A DNA stretch of 63,975 nt, filler included, from Octopus bimaculoides (taxonomy: Eukaryota): NCBI RefSeq assembly GCF_001194135.2. It is 8 parts of 8 records of this genome, joined end to end, with 100 filler letters (N's around TTAATTAATTAA, not from the genome) between each part and the next. Parts side by side here need not be neighbours in the genome. Positions count along the whole stretch, not along the records: positions 62,848 to 63,975 come from NW_026419819.1; 7 more parts are not named here. One strand, written 5' to 3'. The notes under the pieces were generated by a model, which was not told the origin of the DNA, ran no database searches, and saw only the letters and a program-made list of their open reading frames with translations. Of this stretch, positions 63,935 through 63,975 are shown piece after piece. The position numbers were made by a program, and so were the translations under genes. Position 1 is the stretch's first letter. The number at the start of each line of letters is the position of its first letter.

Positions 63935-63975
<41 letters not shown>

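Overview
AT-rich, microsatellite-dense eukaryotic genomic DNA. The tRNA-derived SINE families and (TA/CA/TAGA/AAT)n density resemble octopus/cephalopod genomes (inference). The window is eight segments joined by seven identical artificial 100-bp spacers (44 N + TTAATTAATTAA + 44 N), so order and orientation across spacers is not guaranteed. Host genes: (1) four in-frame + strand exons (11907-16911) of a neuroglian/L1CAM-family Ig protein (end of Ig2, Ig3, start of Ig4), with a candidate 24-nt microexon in the Ig2-Ig3 hinge; (2) two spliceable - strand exons (25654-24161) of a protein I cannot identify. The rest is mobile DNA: DD37D/maT-like mariner fragments, R4/Dong-like and HERO-like RLE LINE fragments, a Gypsy element, a Penelope GIY-YIG fragment, a hAT remnant and four SINE/RTE-tail families. 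Highlights: (a) type I hammerhead ribozyme motifs with palindromic stem III (intact-looking at 32027-32092 on - and 51184-51280 on +, the latter centred in a ~770-bp inverted repeat), plus several decayed copies; (b) a ~1.6-kb ORF1-only, Tx1/L1-type element (HAL1-like) that appears to sit inside a Gypsy 5' LTR with a 12-bp duplication and shares its 3' tail with a resident SINE family. All calls come from manual reading; no searches or folding programs were run.
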